Translations under genes and position numbers: made by a program
Shown: piece after piece, positions 21,831 through 25,171 of the stretch
How positions within the stretch are numbered: the first letter of the stretch is position 1
How the letters are laid out: each line of letters begins with the position of its first letter
From: Octopus sinensis
Lineage: Eukaryota
NCBI RefSeq assembly: GCF_006345805.1
Contig: NW_021836068.1
Location: forward strand, 1-25,171
Length of the DNA stretch: 25,171 bases
Reading direction: 5' to 3'
The notes under the pieces: model-generated
What the model was told of the DNA's origin: nothing
Databases searched by the model: none
The model's input: the letters and a program-made list of their open reading frames with translations, nothing else

Positions 21831-22056
21831 AGACTCACATATCTATATCTCTTTATCTACATGCATATAGACTATATATGTATATCACGTTACCCATAGT
21901 GATAGCAATGTCATATATTTTAGAACTTGGAGTTGTTGATGCATTATATACACTTCACACTACTTAGGTATGGTGTATAACCATTCAATATATTGCAAAC
22001 ACAATACACAAAAATCAATACGAATGTATGCATTATGTATGTACATGAAATTTTTA

Positions 22057-22094
<38 letters not shown>

Positions 22095-22318
22095 AGTATG
22101 TATTGATGTATGTATACATATATGTGTGTATGTATACAGGGTGGACCAATATGCTTCAATCTTTCTACATTGAATAAACGAAATATAACGACAATGAATA
22201 TACACATTCGTATGCATGATGAACAAAATGAATAAAAAAGATAATAAAAACGTAATATAAAAAATGTCAAATATTTTGCTTCGTCAATTTTTGCGCTCCC
22301 TGCATATATGTATGCATA

Positions 22319-22376
<58 letters not shown>

Positions 22377-22599
22377 TATACACATGCACACTTTTTTTAA
22401 AATTTTAAATTTTATATATATATTGTATATTATATTAATTATATTTATTTTTTTGTTTTTTTATGTATTGGTTTATGTCTATCACTGTTTGAGTTGCCTA
22501 ATAGTGGTTTTATCTCTAATTTAATTTAATTTATACTGTGAAATTCGATTTAATCCTAAATCTAATTTTGTCCCTGTAAGTTTGGATATACTCCCTAAT

Positions 22600-22618
22600 A
22601 TAATTATTATTATTATTA

Positions 22619-22690
<72 letters not shown>

Positions 22691-22696
22691 TAGATA

Positions 22697-22732
<36 letters not shown>

Positions 22733-22742
22733 TGTATGTATG
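22600..22742. repeat. (TTA)n/(TA)n/(TATG)n microsatellite
   Basis: Directly visible. Confidence 0.95.
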
Positions 22743-23155
22743 CATAATTATAATTTAGGGTATCTGAGAGATACCACTACGCTGAAAATAGCAGCCAAAA
22801 CTTGACTCTAAAACCACATTAAATATTCATACAGCACCAGGAGAGAAGACAAAGAGACAAAATAAACTAGCAAAAGAAAAAAAAATTGCTGGATAAATCC
22901 TAAAGGAATAAAATGGTGTAAAACAATGTAATCTTCTCCTCAGGGAATGAAGAAATAAAACTCGTCAATAAGACATTTTAACAGAATATGATGAATATGT
23001 AAAGTGATGAACTGAACGGTATTAAGTTTTTTTTTTTTTTTTAAATAAACGTTAGAGGATAACGTCAAATAACGTCAAAGGTAGCATACAAAAAGAGGAG
23101 GAGTAAAGGATAGAAAAATTCAGAAACCAAATTAATGAGAAGTATAGATCGAAAT

Positions 23156-23251
23156 CTGACTGAAATTTGAAACAATGTGGCATATAAAGACGGTTACAGT
23201 ACCTATTTCTTTATTATCCACAAGGGGCTAAACACAGAGACAAACGGCTTA
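23156..23251 (+). repeat. Second copy of the R4-like/SINE A junction from 18932-19045
   Basis: 58 identical bases (18932-18989 vs 23156-23213), then SINE A tail with 2 mismatches and a deletion. Confidence 0.9.
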
Positions 23252-23731
23252 AAATACTGATAGCAGACTTAGTTTGGATAATGAACAACGTTCCCACTAT
23301 ACAAACTCTATGAAACGAAGAAACATGTAAAGAACTTTATGCACCGCATGCAATTCTCTGGATATGATCAGAAAGATTGGGTTCGAGTATACAGGGGTGC
23401 TAGAAAGAAGTTAGATAACATTATATGTAATGAAACCAGTGGTTTCGGTCCTAGATATAGAAGCAAAGACTGGAATAGAATACAAAGAGCTTGTGGCAAA
23501 GCAAACAGGGAGAACACGTGATATAAAACCGACAAATATCAAGGAGTGATGTTTATAGAGGCACAGCCCATGGAGAACTAGCTTGTAGATTTAGGAAAGC
23601 TCTGAAAGAGACCAAACTGAACATTAAGATTGTTGAAAAGCCAGGGAACACCATCAGATCACAACTATGTAGGACGTACACCTTTGAGAAAACCATTTAC
23701 ACCAATGATAATGTATGGTATGTAGGATTAA
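23252..23731 (+). pseudogene. Penelope-like element fragment (RT thumb and linker up to the Cys motif preceding GIY-YIG)
   Basis: ILIADLVWIMNN / KHVKNFMHRMQFSGYDQKD..VYRGARKK..PRYRSKDW..ENT*YKTDKYQGVMFIEA / HGELACRFRKALKETKLNIKIVEKPGNTIRSQLCRTY.FEK..NCMVCR matches from recall the RMQ.SGY ... P.YR...W ... WY ... IK+VE..G ... PF...C..C pattern of PLE ORFs; catalytic RT and GIY-YIG motifs are absent. Confidence 0.72.
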
Positions 23732-24298
23732 CATCGACCCCAGTGCGTTACGGTACTTAATTTATCGACCCCGAAAGGATGAAACCGACACAATATCAAG
23801 GAGTGACGTTTGTAGAGGCACAGCCCATGGAGAACTAGCTTGTAGATTTAGGAAAGCTCTGAAAGAGACCAAACTGAACATTAAGATTGTTGAAAAGCCA
23901 GGGAACACCATCAGATCACAACTATGTAGGACGTACCCCTTTGAGAAAACCATTTACACCAATGATAACTGTATGGTATGTAGGATTAACATCGACCCCA
24001 GTGCGTTACTGGTACTTAATTTATCGACCCCGAAAGGATGAAACCGACAAATATCAAGGAGTGACGTTTGTAGAGGCACAGCCCATGGAGAACTAGCTTG
24101 TAGATTTAGGAAAGCTCTGAAAGAGACCAAACTGAACATTAAGATTGTTGAAAAGCTAGGGAACACCATCAGATCACAACTATGTTGGATGTACCCCTTT
24201 GAGAAAACCATATACACCAATGATAACTGTATGGCATGTAGGATTAACATCGACCCCAGTGTGTTACTGGTACTTAATTTATCGACCCCGAAAGGATG
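23526..24298. repeat. Tandem triplication (256, 259, 258 bp) of PLE fragment plus about 50 bp of SINE A
   Basis: Units start aaaccgaca at 23526, 23782 and 24041 and end cgaaaggatg. Confidence 0.95.
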
Positions 24299-24405
24299 AA
24301 AGGCAAAGTCGATCTCGGCAGAATTTGAACTCAGAAAGTAACGGCAGACGAAATACGGCTTACGCATTTCGTCCGGTGTGCTAACGATTCTGCCAGCTCG
24401 CCGCC
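24248..24405 (-). mobile_element. SINE family A, 5' portion
   Basis: Reverse complement of 385-540; followed by ttaa at 24406-24409. Confidence 0.9.
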
Positions 24406-24624
24406 TTAAATGTGTTTCACCATCCACCAATCACTACAACACCGATCACGAGCTCAGAGACTTGCTTCGTTGTCTCCCTTTGCTCTATTTCTTCTCCGAG
24501 GTTTGGCTTAGTTTTAACACTACAACCACCACCACCACCACCACCACCATCAAGAATAACAAGGACAAAAACGAAATCCCCGCTACTCTAACTTTTAGCC
24601 CATCATCAGCATCATCCACACGAC

Positions 24625-25171
24625 GATGATTGAAATGATGACGATGATGACAACGGTGATGATGATAATAATGACGACGTTGATGAAGATGATGATGACG
24701 ATGGTGATGAAGATGATGATGATGATGATGATGACGACTGTCATTTATATATCATTAACCTCACCACCGACATTATTAAACACGTGAATATCATCATCGT
24801 TATCATCACCATCTTAAATACCATCACCACCACCACCACCTCCACCACCACCACCACCAATCTCACCACCATCGTCACCACCGCCACCATCACCACAACA
24901 ACAATCACCACCACCACCCCAACCACCGTCACTACCACCACCGTCACCACCACCACCACCACCACCACCACCACCACCACCACCACCACCACCACCACCG
25001 CCACCACCAGCACCGCACTTCCACGGTCACGTTCGCCGTCAACATATCATCATAACCATATTTATCATTTTCCCGCCACCATCAGGACTGCCGCTGACGC
25101 CATCACCACAGCACATTCCTCCTTCTCCTTCCTTCCTCCTCCTCCTCCTCATCATCATCATCATTATCACC
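24625..25171. repeat. (GAT)n, (CCA)n, (CCT)n and (CAT)n microsatellites
   Basis: Directly visible. Confidence 0.93.

Noticed and set aside
23519-23521. In-frame TGA in the Penelope-like ORF as selenocysteine
   Set aside because: It falls where Trp (TGG) is expected in a fragment with other stops and frameshifts; simple decay is sufficient.

Overview
Eukaryotic, AT-rich, microsatellite-saturated non-coding DNA (intergenic or deep intronic). The SINE types and repeat density most resemble an octopus/cephalopod genome; this is inferred from recalled repeat families, not from a search. No intact host gene, rRNA, true tRNA or CRISPR array is supportable, and almost all ORFs in the track are translations of simple repeats. 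The window holds four copies of a ~410-445 bp MITE (29-bp GG-initiated TIRs, 8-bp TSDs, internal TTAGGG tract) and at least four tRNA-derived SINE families. It also holds decayed fragments of a CR1-group LINE, two RLE-type non-LTR elements (one R4/Dong-like) and a Penelope-like element. The most notable structures are: a SINE/LINE shared 3' stem-loop with compensatory changes; a nested mosaic at 23156-24405 that re-uses a retroelement-SINE junction from 4.2 kb upstream and contains a ~258-bp triplication; an inverted MITE pair; and a 39-bp-arm foldback inside (TA)n. I do not see evidence for a new protein-based system.
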